Origin: Paraspadella gotoi
Taxonomy: Eukaryota; Animalia; Chaetognatha
DNA: 64,000 bases
Direction: 5' to 3'
Assembly: GCA_051294375.1 (NCBI GenBank)
Contig: CM119269.1
Span: forward strand, 6,585,552 to 6,649,551
Position 1 is the first letter of the stretch. Every line of letters starts with the position of its first letter. The notes beneath the pieces are model-generated. The model ran no database searches. It had not been told where the DNA came from and saw only the letters and a list, made by a program, of their open reading frames with translations. The position numbers and the translations under genes were made by a program. This document shows, in pieces, positions 13,800 through 25,713 of this stretch.

Positions 13800-16700
13800 C
13801 TGCTACAATAAAACTGTTCAATAATTTAATTCATGATTCTGACCAACATCTCTCAAACCCCTTTATGAGTGACTGTATATGTAAAATTTTAAAAAATGTA
13901 GCAAAATAAAATGATAGTTATGCCAACTTTTAAAAATTTTTTTTTTGGGCCTATTTTTAAGTGGTTTACGAATTGTCCATTTAAAATTTTAACCCATAGG
14001 GCGAATAGACGCTACGTTAGATACTTTTTATGGTTCAAATATCAGCTTCATTGGACCGGCAAGAAAATACGAAGAAATTATTTGATCCCTGAACAAGGAC
14101 AACTCTACGCTTCGGGTACCTATACGTTTTAATAAACTTAGGTAGTAATTATGATGTGTACGCATATAACTTTGACTTGGGCTAACAGAAATCGAGAAAA
14201 ATACTTAGTATTCAGTTTTTGCGAGGGCTTTCAGACAAGCGCTACTTTTTTTAAAAAATCCGTCTCGAAAGTAGCAACGTACATAGATCGTAAGGAGTCA
14301 CGATAGTGGCAGGGATTCAAAACTTTGTAAGACGTGAAGCCTAACAGCTAACTTATAGATAGATAGAAAGTAGAAAGAGAAGTTCAATTTCTAATGCACT
14401 AGATATATCATATATTAATATATATGAGTATAAATCTATATAATAAAGACAACATATAAATTTTTAATCACCGTCATTAAGCTTGTTTGACGGCATTGCC
14501 GGAGTGAGCTATTAAGAAAGCTTTATACACCGATGTTTCATGAGAATCAAACAAAAAAGTAATAAATGATAATGATTACAAATAGTTTTTCATATTTTTA
14601 CCCCACTTATAAATCAAAATAGTCGAAAAAAAGAATTATACTTTGCTGTAGACAACTTTTTGCGCAAGCTAGCCTGAATCTGATCTTAAATAAAAAAATT
14701 CTCATAAAAAATTTTACCTTTCTCCTATTTATAAATAGATATTAAAGATTATATATGAGTATGAAGTAATATTAAAATTTTTTGTTTGTTAAAATTTTTA
14801 TTTGTTACGAGATAAGTCTCTCGGTTGTTTGATGCCCTTTTTATGTATGAAGTTTGTATTTTGGTTGGCCTTACGAAGTACTGATTGATCAAGTATTCTT
14901 AAACGTCGCTCTCTTGAATTGGTTAGGTCCTTTATGATTGTGACCTTAACCAAAGATATAAAAGAGATGTGCTTACCTAAAACTAAGAGGATAAGTTACC
15001 ATGATTCGTGACAGTTCGGTAAGCAGTTTAAAAATGATATATTTTGTAATTTATGGTTAAACTTAAAGTTGACATTTTTAAATGAAAGTTCTTTTTTTTT
15101 TTTGTATATCTTTAGAATAATCTCCGCTTCTACTTGCATTCACGTCTCACGCTCATGTTATGTCTACTTACAATAAATATTACCAAAATTTACATTCTTC
15201 GAATCGTCTAATAAATAAATAGCAAGTCAGAAAACACTAGCTCGCTCCCGGCGTTACGGTAAAAATCTCAATCTGTCTATTCAAATTTTTTAAAAAAATG
15301 TTTAAAGAATTTTTGTTTGAACAGGTGCTCTAATTCAAATTTATCTTAACCTACCTTACAGGGGATCGGGCTCCCCCTATCTTGAAAGTAGACTAAAAGT
15401 AAAAGTAAAAAACATTAAGCGATGGATCGGGGAGAAGCGTCTCCAAGCAATGTTGTACTCTCACTGTTGAAGTGAAAGTAAACCGGAAGCACAATGATAT
15501 CTATACATAAAAATATATATGCTTTTTGGTGTTCTAGTATCTTTTTTTTCAAAATTTGGTAATTTTTCAGCTGCGGGTTTCCAAAATGGTCACCATGTAC
15601 TAATAATTTTTCTTAATGAGCGTTAGTGTTAGGTGTTCTTGTTGCGCTGCCAATCAAAAATGTGTATTAATCCATATTGGATGTTGGTATTGTAAAACAT
15701 CACAAATTTAACTCTGCTTTATTTGGCATAATAATTTTCATTTTAAATAATAAGCACTTATGGCAACAGCCGGGTTGCCTTGATGCCCATTGGGGATGGG
15801 GCTCTCACTGTTGCTTTGGGGGCTTCCGAACCCCTCAGTGACGCCTCCATGTCAGCTGCGCGGTTACCGCTAGGAAGGTCTTCGCTTTGCCAACACAGAA
15901 GGATTAGTCGTTAGGACTGTGGATGGAACACTAACGCTTGGGAATGAGTGTGTTCCCCCCTCTGAAGCCAATGGATTTGGCTGGAGGATGACGGACGTGA
16001 GGCGGTGTGATATATACGCGCCAACACAACTTATAAAAACTGTTATTTAATACAAGTTGCAAGAGTGAGAGATATAGGCGAAAATCTGCTTTAAAAAAAA
16101 TTCAACATTTTTTCTAGATATTGTAGTTAACCTTCTTTTGTTGTTAGTGTGTCCCCTGTCCCACTCAAACAGGTCAGGCGGAGACCTCTCAGCAGGCAAT
16201 GGACGTCGCCGATGCCACCTCCCGAACCTGCAAGCAACTTGTGGCGACTCTCCTCGCATCGAGAGCGCGCGCCTAAAACGACGGCTGTAGGTAGAGGGAG
16301 AGGAGTCTGTAATCTCCTGTCCCGAAACAGGCCAGAACTGGCAACTACCCCGCCTGCACCGTCAGGTGAGAGGAACTCTCGGCAGGCTTATCAGGTCAGA
16401 GAGATATTCGCGTGGCGCTTGATCCCACCAGATCCTAGACTGTCTCACTCCACCAGCAATATTCCTCTCAGCAAATTTCACTAAACCTATTTAAAAATTT
16501 TTTATAACAAACGTAAAAAACTTTAATTAGCATTTAAAAAAAATCCTGCCTTTATCGAATTTTAACTGCCTACCACATTAAGTGTCTCATGGGTATACTT
16601 TAAAGATTTTATAGGTTTCAGAGATGGCACTTTTTTTGTTTCTTTCACATCCTCCCTGCACTACCATGTAAGAGGAAGTCAGAATCGGCGAAAATCTAAT

Positions 16701-17371
16701 AGGCGAGAATGTTGAAAAAAAGGGAAAGGAATTTTGGTTGTTCTTGTCGATTCTTCTAAACCAAGGGCCAAGAGACGTAACTTAAGATTTACATTATTCC
16801 AGTCATTCTCATCCAAAAATATAAAATATTATGAAAAAAGATTTGGGATCGACTATCGGAATTTAGTTCTATGAGAAAAAAAAAATCTTATAAAAAACTA
16901 TTTAGAACTGCTGGGAAAAAAAAAAAGAATCAGTCAATTAGTAAGTTAACCACTCAAAAGAAATCACAACCGAAACTGAAACGACAGCAAAGAAAGCACC
17001 AACTAACCTGCACTACGGTGCGGTTGTCGGCTCCCGCGGCGCTGAGGCATCATCATCTTTTAGGGATGTGAAGGTCGAGCGTCGAGTCGTAGCAGAATTC
17101 GTACAAAACAGCGTAGATGGTGTCGTCGAAAAACTCTTCATGTCCACCGAGAAAAACTTTTGAAGAAATTAAAAGTTGATTATTGATTTATGAATGAGCT
17201 ATAAATAGTTCTATTTGTTAGTTAAATTAATTCATAAATTTATTCCTACTCGCTCAATTCATTCATTCTTTCCAATCTTTCGTTATTCGTAATCAAAATT
17301 TAATTTAATTGCTTTATTCATTGATGAAAAATTGAGAAAAATGTACAATATCAGTCAAAATGTAGTAAAAT
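13800..17371. repeat. Duplicated segment (copy 2 of 3385-6959), ending at the empty LTR insertion site
   Basis: Collinear with 3385-6959 and continues directly into sequence homologous to 12376 onward. Confidence 0.9.
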
Positions 17372-17464
17372 CTTTTAAATCTACAAAAAAGAAGCAGGAA
17401 TGTATATTATCGTTTATTTTCAAATCGCGGATTATATCATAACAAACTATTTCAACATTAATTA

Positions 17465-20400
17465 TTAAGTCGATTTTCTTCTGACGTCCGCCTGAGGAAA
17501 AGCCCTCGACACCCGATAGCCACGCCCCGTGCCCCAAGCGCCATCTTTAGAGCTCCTTCCCACCACGCCCATCTCCTATTCCACAAGCCGTGCTCTTCCT
17601 CAATCTCCGCTCGCGTGGCCAGATTCACAGTGCCGCTCTGGCAGAGTCGTCGTCGCTGCCCGTTTTCGACGATCTTCTTGGGACAAACGCGATGCGCATA
17701 TTGGCTACGAAGAGACTTGGCCTCCGAGTGGATGAGGGGAACGCAGAGAGAGAGGACAGAGGATCCCGACGGCGATCATCACGATCTTGGACGACCTGTT
17801 TGGGGGCGAAAGAAGGAAACATCAACTTCTTGCGCTTGGGAACGCTTACAGTTTCCAACTCCCATGCGTTAATTTTTCTGAAAAATTTCCCTCAAGCAAG
17901 TGGTGTGGAATTTTTTTTTTTAAGTTTTCTTTTCCTTAACAATGTCTAAACTGAAAGCCAATGGGGAAAAGATCCTTCAACAGATGTGCTCATCGGAATG
18001 AACGAAACGTAGTTAAGCGACAGAGAGCTATTTTAGATAAAAAAAAAAAATTACCCAAATATTAACGAACGCAAAAAAAAATTAATCAAATTGCTCATCT
18101 CATCGAACGCAAAAAAAAAAAAACGCTCCCCTCACTAAAAATATCCTCCACACAAGATGATCCGTCGGCAAGACGCCGACGAATACGTCGGGCCGACATA
18201 TAACCTTCCTTCCCCTAAACCCCTTCAACTCTCGCACCCAACGCACTTGCCTCTCAAGATGATCTTGGCTTGGCGAGCCACGCAGTCTCGTCGCGTATCG
18301 ACGGGGTTTAGAATTCGCCGAATCCGACGGTGGTGAATGTGCAGAAGAGCAAAAGTAAATGGAGTCCACCAAAAGAACCAGTTGGTGAATGAGAGGCCAG
18401 ACGAAGGAGCAAAGGAGGGATGAAGATCAAGAGCAAGAACGGTGGAGATCCAGATGGGGACGCTCTTGCGTTCGCCTGCAACATTGGTGGGGGGGTGTGA
18501 GGAAAAGCGAAGGAAATGCGTAAATTCGGCGTGTAGTTTTTTTTTTTTTCTGAGTTAAAAGACGCAAAGGATTTNNNNNNNNNNNNNNNNNNNNNNNNNA
18601 AAAAAAAAAAAAGTATTAAAAGTAGTAAAGAATAGAAATATTAATCTTAAGGGATTTTGGTAACTTTATTTCAGTCCGTGAGATCATCCCTCCCCCGTCT
18701 ACATCCTTCCACATCCACCGACCTCGATTCCCTCGTCAGCCGCAAGTCCGACCACACCGACTTCAAGTAGTTGAACTCCTGCTCCTCTAACACGATCTGC
18801 AGCATGGCGAGACTCTCCCGCGGCCGCATTCGCGTGCAGTCGATAGCGGCGTGACGGAACCGGCGCGCGTCGGCGGCGCTGAGGGCCAAGTTGCGTTGCA
18901 CGACGCCGGCGCGAGTCGGAGACACTTCTAGACGATCCACTTGAAAGAAATATTTGAGGAGATCCCGGTTCGATTGGACCGTCTCTTCGTCGTCGTCATC
19001 GTCGTCGTCGTCGTCACCGACTTTGGCGAAGAAAGCGGCGGCGACGACCGCCACTTGCGCCTCCTTTTGCTGCCGCTTTTTTCTCAACTGGATTGGTGAG
19101 AAAAAGGAAAAAAGAAAAAAGGAAAAAGGTGAGCGTAAAATTAAAAAAAAAAGAAGAAAACTTTATATCTTCCTCTTCCTCTCCTCCTCGCTTTCCACCT
19201 CATTCCTCTTCTTCCTCCTCCTCCTCCACTTGGCGATCTTCCGCTCGGCGACGCCATAGATTTTGACGACGACCTTCTGCATCGCGTTGCCCATCGAGTT
19301 CATCATCAAAACCGTCAAAGGAACGCCGACGACGCTGGATAACGATGAAGATTCAATCACTACAGATAAACTATTAAACTTTGTCGTCATCATCTCCAGG
19401 GCTTCACGATCGGCGCCATCGTCTCTTTTGCGCCATTTTAACCCGAGTTCATCTGGTCTTCAATGCGCAGAATTAGCCTAGTCAGAATTCAAAGACAGCC
19501 ACTTCTCCGAACTTGGTTCAATACAGCTAATAATAACTAAAAACTAATGCTAATACTTGAAACTTATTTATCAATTGATATTTTGTATCTTAACTCTGAA
19601 ACAAATATTCTAAAAATGTTGCCATGTAGTTTTAGTACATTACAATTTTTTTTTAAAGCATGAGCAATGAGCATTGAGCAATTGAGCATTTAGCTTCAAA
19701 CACACATGTAGTATTACAGTTCTAAAAAGGACTAAAACAGACTCCATGCGATTTCCAGTCAGCCTGCTCCCTCTCCCCCCTACCTGAAGAATATGAGAAA
19801 GCGTTTTCCCCACGGACTGTTGGGAGTGATGTAGCCGTAGCCAATGGTGGTGCAGAGGGAGAAAGCCAACAACATCGACTCGAGAAAAGTCCAAAACTCT
19901 GTCGTGCATCCATCGAGGACGTGGCGGGAAGAGATGAGGAAGTCCATCTCGGCCAAAAGCTAGAGGACAATACCAAAAACGTTTAAGACAGAATGGTTCA
20001 ATGGAACCGAGTCAGATCAAAGTCATATAAAGTCGATTAAATTTGTAAAAAAAAAAAAAAATGAGATAAGATACAAAAATTAGATTAAAAGATTAAAAAT
20101 TTTAAATTTTCAAAAAAATAACAACAAAAAACAACAATAATAAAAATAAAATAACATCAACAAAAATCAAAAGATAAAAAAAAAAAACCTTTTCGTATTC
20201 CCAGTGCAATTTTTCGATCTTTTCCACGAACTCAGGCGGCGGATCGAGCGGCAGCGGAACGAAACCGTTGACGGAGGTAACGTTAGCCGCTGCCGCCGCA
20301 GCGGAGCCGGACAAATTTAGGGGAACCATCGATGCGTTATATACGAAGCTGGAAAATTGAAAGGTCATTTGGACAAAGAAGAATCTTTGTATAAAGCTTT

Positions 20401-23400
20401 GTTGGTGAGTAAAGTTAAAACTAACAGGATTATTTACTTTCATAAAACATTAAAATAATTCTAAATAGCTAAATATATATAAAAAAAAGTTTAATTATTT
20501 GAGAATGTCTTTCATAATTACACCAAATGTATTCCCGAAACAACAACAGCCACAAACAACAGCAACATCCCCAGCCGGACCCGATGGTGGTCCGCACAAT
20601 CTCCGACTTGATCTCGCTCAAGTTGGCCAAGGATTCCAGACACAATCGCTGATCGAATTCAGTGTTGAGAGATTGAAAGACCAACGCGCCGACGATGATG
20701 TAGCCGAAGACGATGCAGGGAATGAAGAGGTACTGGGCGAGTGGTTAGGGTAAGGTAAGGTAAGGAAGAGAAAGAGAGAGAAAGGGATGGGAACGGTCGA
20801 AGGTGAATAATGTCGAGTTGGCAAAAAGCAACCCCAATATTAAAATAATAAGAACCACTTACAGAATCAAATATCGAATGTTCTAGATTTCATAACAGCT
20901 TCGTTAGGTTTCCATTGAAAAAAATACCGCCGAAACTTTTTACATCTGATGCCCTTTCGGGTCAGTAAATGGACGATTCATCATTCGACGACGACGATCG
21001 AAAAAAAGGTGGAAAGAAGGCGACTCTACGATTGGAGGATCACAAAATTGGGTCGGTTCAACACCACGGGCTATAAAAGCCTATATTCTTGTTCTTTTTT
21101 CTCTTTCTTTCTTTCGTTCTTTCGTTCTTTCTTTCTTTCTTTCTTTCTTTCTTTATTTCGTTCTTTCGTTCTTTCTTTCTTTCTTTCTTTCCTTCCTTCC
21201 TACTTTTTTATTTTTTCTCATTTTCTCTCTCTCTCTCTCTTAGCATCTTACAATTCTTTTTTTCATACATAGTTATTTTCGAATACAGAGAAAGGAATTT
21301 TCTTTCTCATAATTCATCATATTCATAATTCAATAATATTCATATTTCATAAGTGCTTTATCGACGACCTTGTGGCGGCGAACCGACAGAACGGCGAAAG
21401 AAAAAAAAAATCAACCTGAAAGGCCCATCGAAGAATCAGAAAGATTTTGGCGCCGAAAAAGTCTTTGACGTTATCGTAGTGACGCACGTGGATTTCCGTC
21501 CCGTCCTCCGAGAGATAAAACTTGTGACCCTCGAGGGTAAAGTCGAGTTTATTGCGCACGCGCGGGCGGATCGTCTTGTCCGCCAAGTACGCCAAGCCCA
21601 GGTCCGCCTTCAGCTTCTTCGATTGGGCCTCGGAGCCTTTTTTTGGAGAGGGATGGCAGGAAGAAGTGGCGAGTAAAGCGGGTTAGGATTTTTCGCTTTT
21701 TTTTTATCATTTGGAGATCGGTTCTTTATATACTGAATCATAACAATAGATTTCCGAGCAATAGGGTAGCAAGACGCACCGTCGGTGTCACCGACTCTCA
21801 ATCTCTACGAATCAGATTTAAATCAGACAGGACTTAAATCTTAATATTACCTGACTGGACCTAAATTTCAAAATATCGCGACTATACTTGAATCTCAAGA
21901 GATTCTAACACTGATTTCAAATCTTAAGAAATTCCAACCAGACTTAAAATCTCAAGCAGGGGCGGCGAGAAAAATGGCGGGCCCCTCCACTGGCCCCATG
22001 GCCGGGCCCATAATTTTAGTTTTTAGTTTTTGATTACCGACTTTCTGCCTTGAAAATTGCTTCAGTGCTCAAACTTCTGCCTCCATTACTTGCAACCCGG
22101 CATTGGTGTTTTACTGAAACTTTTTTTTTAATTACAATCATCGTGCCTCTCCTCTAGTCTGAGCGAGGGGTCTAAATTTGTTAAACCTTCAGACAAGATG
22201 AGATTTAGCACTTATTTTTAACCATGAGCAGCAAAGAGATACAGTTATACGGTTTTTCTTCTTTTCTTTCCTTTTTTTTTCTCTTTCTCAGTGGCCCTCC
22301 CGGGCCCCCCTGGGGCCTCCCTGGGCCCTCCCTGGTCACAGGCCCCTCACTTCTCTTGCTGCCCCTGATCTCAAGAGATTCCAACCAGACTTAAAATCTC
22401 AAAAGATTCCAACCAGACTTAAAATCTCAAGAGATTCCAACCAGACTTAAAATCTCAAGAGATTCCTACCAGACTTAAAATCTCAAGAAATTCCAACCAG
22501 ACTTAAAATCTCAAGAGATTCCTACCAGACTTAGAATCTCAAGAGATTCTAACCAGACTTAAAATCTCAAGATATTCCAACTAGACTTAAAATCTCAAGA
22601 GATTCCAACCAGACTTAAAATCTCAAGAGATTCCAACCAGACTTAAAATCTCAAGAGATTCCAACCAAACTTAAAATCCAAAGAGAGCCCGACCGGACTT
22701 AAAGGATGAATTCTCTGCATTTCGATCTTCTTGTCTCGATTGGCGCGGCGTCATTGGATCGTCGTCTGCTCTGCGATTCGTGTCGCGCGAGTGCAGCGCC
22801 TCCACAGCGATACCGACGATGTCCGCCAGGTTGACGTGATCTCCGTCTTGGTTGTCAACGTCTGAAAGCGGTTTGGAGTTGATGGAGTTGATGGATTAAG
22901 TAGACGTCCTGAATAGTCTGATTCAAAAGTTTGTGTTTATGTTTACAGTCAAGCTGATACAATTTTAAAAATTATGTTTATATATAATTAAGTCACTATG
23001 ATTTTTTTTTTATTTATGTCATTGCGTTTCGGAAAAAAAATTTAGTTTTAATATATAATTTAAAATAACAAATTAATTAACTTTTATCTTAAAGTTGTGA
23101 TGTTCTAATAGAACAATAATAGTTATTTATATGTTTTCCTCCACTGACCTTTTTCCTCAGAACCCCTCAAGACCCCGCTCTACCTCTCCCTCTTCCCTAT
23201 CCCATCAACCTCTCACCCTTTCCGTCGTGGATCTCATTGACGACATCCTTCAGCACCGGCTTCTTCTTCTGAGCCAACCCCCACCAACCGCCCGGTGGTC
23301 GTTTTCGTCGCCGCCGCTGTCCCGGACCCGCTGCTGACGCCGCCGCCGCTGCCTCGTCCGTCTCCGTTGCGACAGGGGGTTGAGAGGTGGTGGTGGAACC

Positions 23401-23949
23401 GGGTCGTTTGAGGCTGAGAAGCGGATGGATTGAAAAAGGTAAGGTTACATCGAAACTCCTTACCACGGCCGCCGACGATTGGACGATTAAATCGTATTGA
23501 ATTTATCAGAAAAAAACTTAAAAGATGATCAATTTAAACAAGATTTTCTTTCTGTCTTATCGTTATTGCGATCAGATATATAAAATTCGTTTCAACTTTA
23601 CTTTTTAAACTAACCGAAGATACGACTCACCCTTTGGACGAAACAGAGGTCTTATCCGTAGAAATTCCGCCGGGTTTCGAATCTTTCCAATTTATCGTTG
23701 AATCACCTTTTTTTTTAATTCTCTTCTAAAAAAAAGGAATAGTCTTGTCTTGTTGTTGTTACTCGTCGATTGACTTTTTTTTCTTTCGTTATAATCGTTT
23801 CTTTTGTTTTCTCTTGTTTTAGGTTCTTTTCAATTTATTTTTTTTCATTTCAATTTGTTTTTTTCGTGGGAAGGATGGAATTCACTTCCATTCCATTTTT
23901 TATTATTTCCCATTTCCTATTATTATTTATTATTATTATTATTAATTAA

Positions 23950-23998
<49 letters not shown>

Positions 23999-24422
23999 GT
24001 CTAAATTCAATTTAATTTTCTTCTTCTCTCCTTTTCTTCTTTCATCTTTCTTCCCTTTCCTTTATTTCCTTTTCTTTCCTTTCCTTTCCTTTTTTTTTTA
24101 TCTTTTCTCATTTCTTTTCCTCCCTTTCCTCCACCTGCGTATTTTTTCCTCCGAATTTCAACAACGCCTCCCGAATCTTCGACTTTCTCGGCTTCAACGT
24201 CGGCATCGACTTCATCTTGAAGAGCTTCACCGTCGCCACCGACACCGTCTCCACGGAGACCGACTCCGCCCCGTCCGCCTCCGACGAGATCGGGCGCGGC
24301 GGGCGCCTCTCCACGACGCTCCTGGCGTCGGTGACGTTCTTTTCGGCGTCTTGGCGCTCCTTGGCTTTGCGGATCGCGTCCAAGATGACGTCGAACTCGT
24401 CGCTGCTCGACAGCAGCGCCAT
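17465..24422 (-). CDS. Two-pore-domain potassium channel (K2P/KCNK/TWK family), multi-exon; 5' extent uncertain
   Basis: M1 YLFIPCIVFGYIIVGALVFQSLN (~20670-20735); cap exon (~20190-20370); P1 FWTFLESMLLAFSLCTTIGYGYITP (~19825-19900); M2 SVVGVPLTVLMMNSMG (~19290-19335); M3-P2 exon (~18250-18475, noisy here, clean in the 13.3 kb copy); M4 VVQIVMIAVGILVLSL (~17750-17795). Phase-compatible upstream exons lie at ~21416-21635, ~22695-22861 and ~23218-23413, and possibly 24135-24422. Confidence 0.8.
21830..22705. repeat. 28-bp minisatellite (AGACTTAAAATCTCAAGAGATTCCAACC)n in a K2P intron, interrupted by a MITE
   Basis: Period 28 (e.g. 22381, 22409). About 11 clean units lie right of the MITE and degenerate units lie left of it. 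Confidence 0.92.
21957..22367. mobile_element. hAT-type MITE with an 8-bp TSD
   Basis: TIRs CAGGGGCGGCGAG / CTTGCTGCCCCTG (11/13 match). TSD ATCTCAAG at 21949-21956 and 22368-22375. A second copy lies at ~48240-48493. Confidence 0.85.
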
Positions 24423-24777
24423 CCGGTCCAAGTTAGTCTGCAGAATCACGCCGCGCCGGCGTTTGACGGGACGGCGGAGCTGCGGGGGACGTCATTTTGT
24501 AGTCAAAGATGCGAACATAATCGTCAATAATTTTTTTTTTTAAATTAAGTTGTAGTAACCAAAGATGAAAACCAGAGATGTGGNNNNNNNNNNAAGATGA
24601 AAACATTATTTTTCAAAGACGGCGACCTTTCAATTTAATGGTTCTAAGGTCGCACAAAAAAACGTTTCTCGACAATTTTGCAATCTCTGACATCAAGTCC
24701 AAATGACGAGTTAATTACTCTCCGACATCGATTATTTTTAAAAATGATCATTTTTAATATTCGTTTCAACGCTTGTT

Positions 24778-25632
24778 TCAGCTCGCCTTGAAATCACTGG
24801 GCTCCCGCGCGAATCGTCGTCGCACAAGTTCCATCGGATCGTCGTCGTCGTCGTCGTCGTCGTAGCCGATCCACCGACGCGACGGCGACGACGACGACCC
24901 CGAAGTCAAGGCGTGGAAGTTGGCGTCGTCGCAAGAAGACGAGGGTCGGGAAGAGAGCGTCGAGTAGGCGGTGTGGTCGGATTCGAAGGCGGGTCGAAAA
25001 CGAAGAGATCGTCGACGACGGGTTTTGCGTGTGACGACGTCTTCGTTGTCGTCTACTTCATCGTCGTCCGCGTTCCAGTTCTCCGGCAAATCGGGAAAGA
25101 ACCTCGACCCTTCCGTCGCCATCCAGCGGGCGCCGCAAACTTCGCGAGATTCTCCGCGCGCCAGATTGACGTTGTCGCTGGTTTCGGCGCGGTCTATAGT
25201 TTCCGCTTCGACGCCGCTTTGAAGCTCGCCTCCACTTTCCTCTCCGCCGCCTTCTTTGTCCCGGTCGACGTCGTCCGAGTCGGGGTCGCCGTGATAGACC
25301 CAAACCCGGCGAGCTTTGACGCCGGGCAAGTGAACGTCGCTCGGACCGAGGATCGGATAACCGAAGAACTCGACGTCTTTGTATTCGGCCAACATGTCCG
25401 ACGAAGAGGAGGTGAAGACGGGCGAATCGGCGGCGGCGTCTGCTGCTGCTGATGCTGGGGCGGCGGCGGGGGCGTCTGCGGCGTCTGTGGCCTCGGATGC
25501 GCCGGACGGGCGGGCGGCCGCTGTGACGGTCGTTCGACGGATCGGAGCCGAAGCGGCGGAGGCGGTGGCGGCTAAAGCGGCGCGGGAAGAACGAGCACCG
25601 ACTTCGGAGGCGCGGTTATAGGAGGTTGCTGG

Positions 25633-25713
<81 letters not shown>

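Noticed and set aside
20949-21328. Phe/Leu/Ser-rich ORFs (also 30810-31072, 48032-48368, 60908-61731)
   Set aside because: They are translations of (TTTC)n, (GTC/GTT)n and (GA)n microsatellites.
22376-22705. 28-bp palindromic repeats resembling CRISPR direct repeats
   Set aside because: The units are directly adjacent with no unique spacers, lie in a eukaryotic intron, and there are no cas genes.
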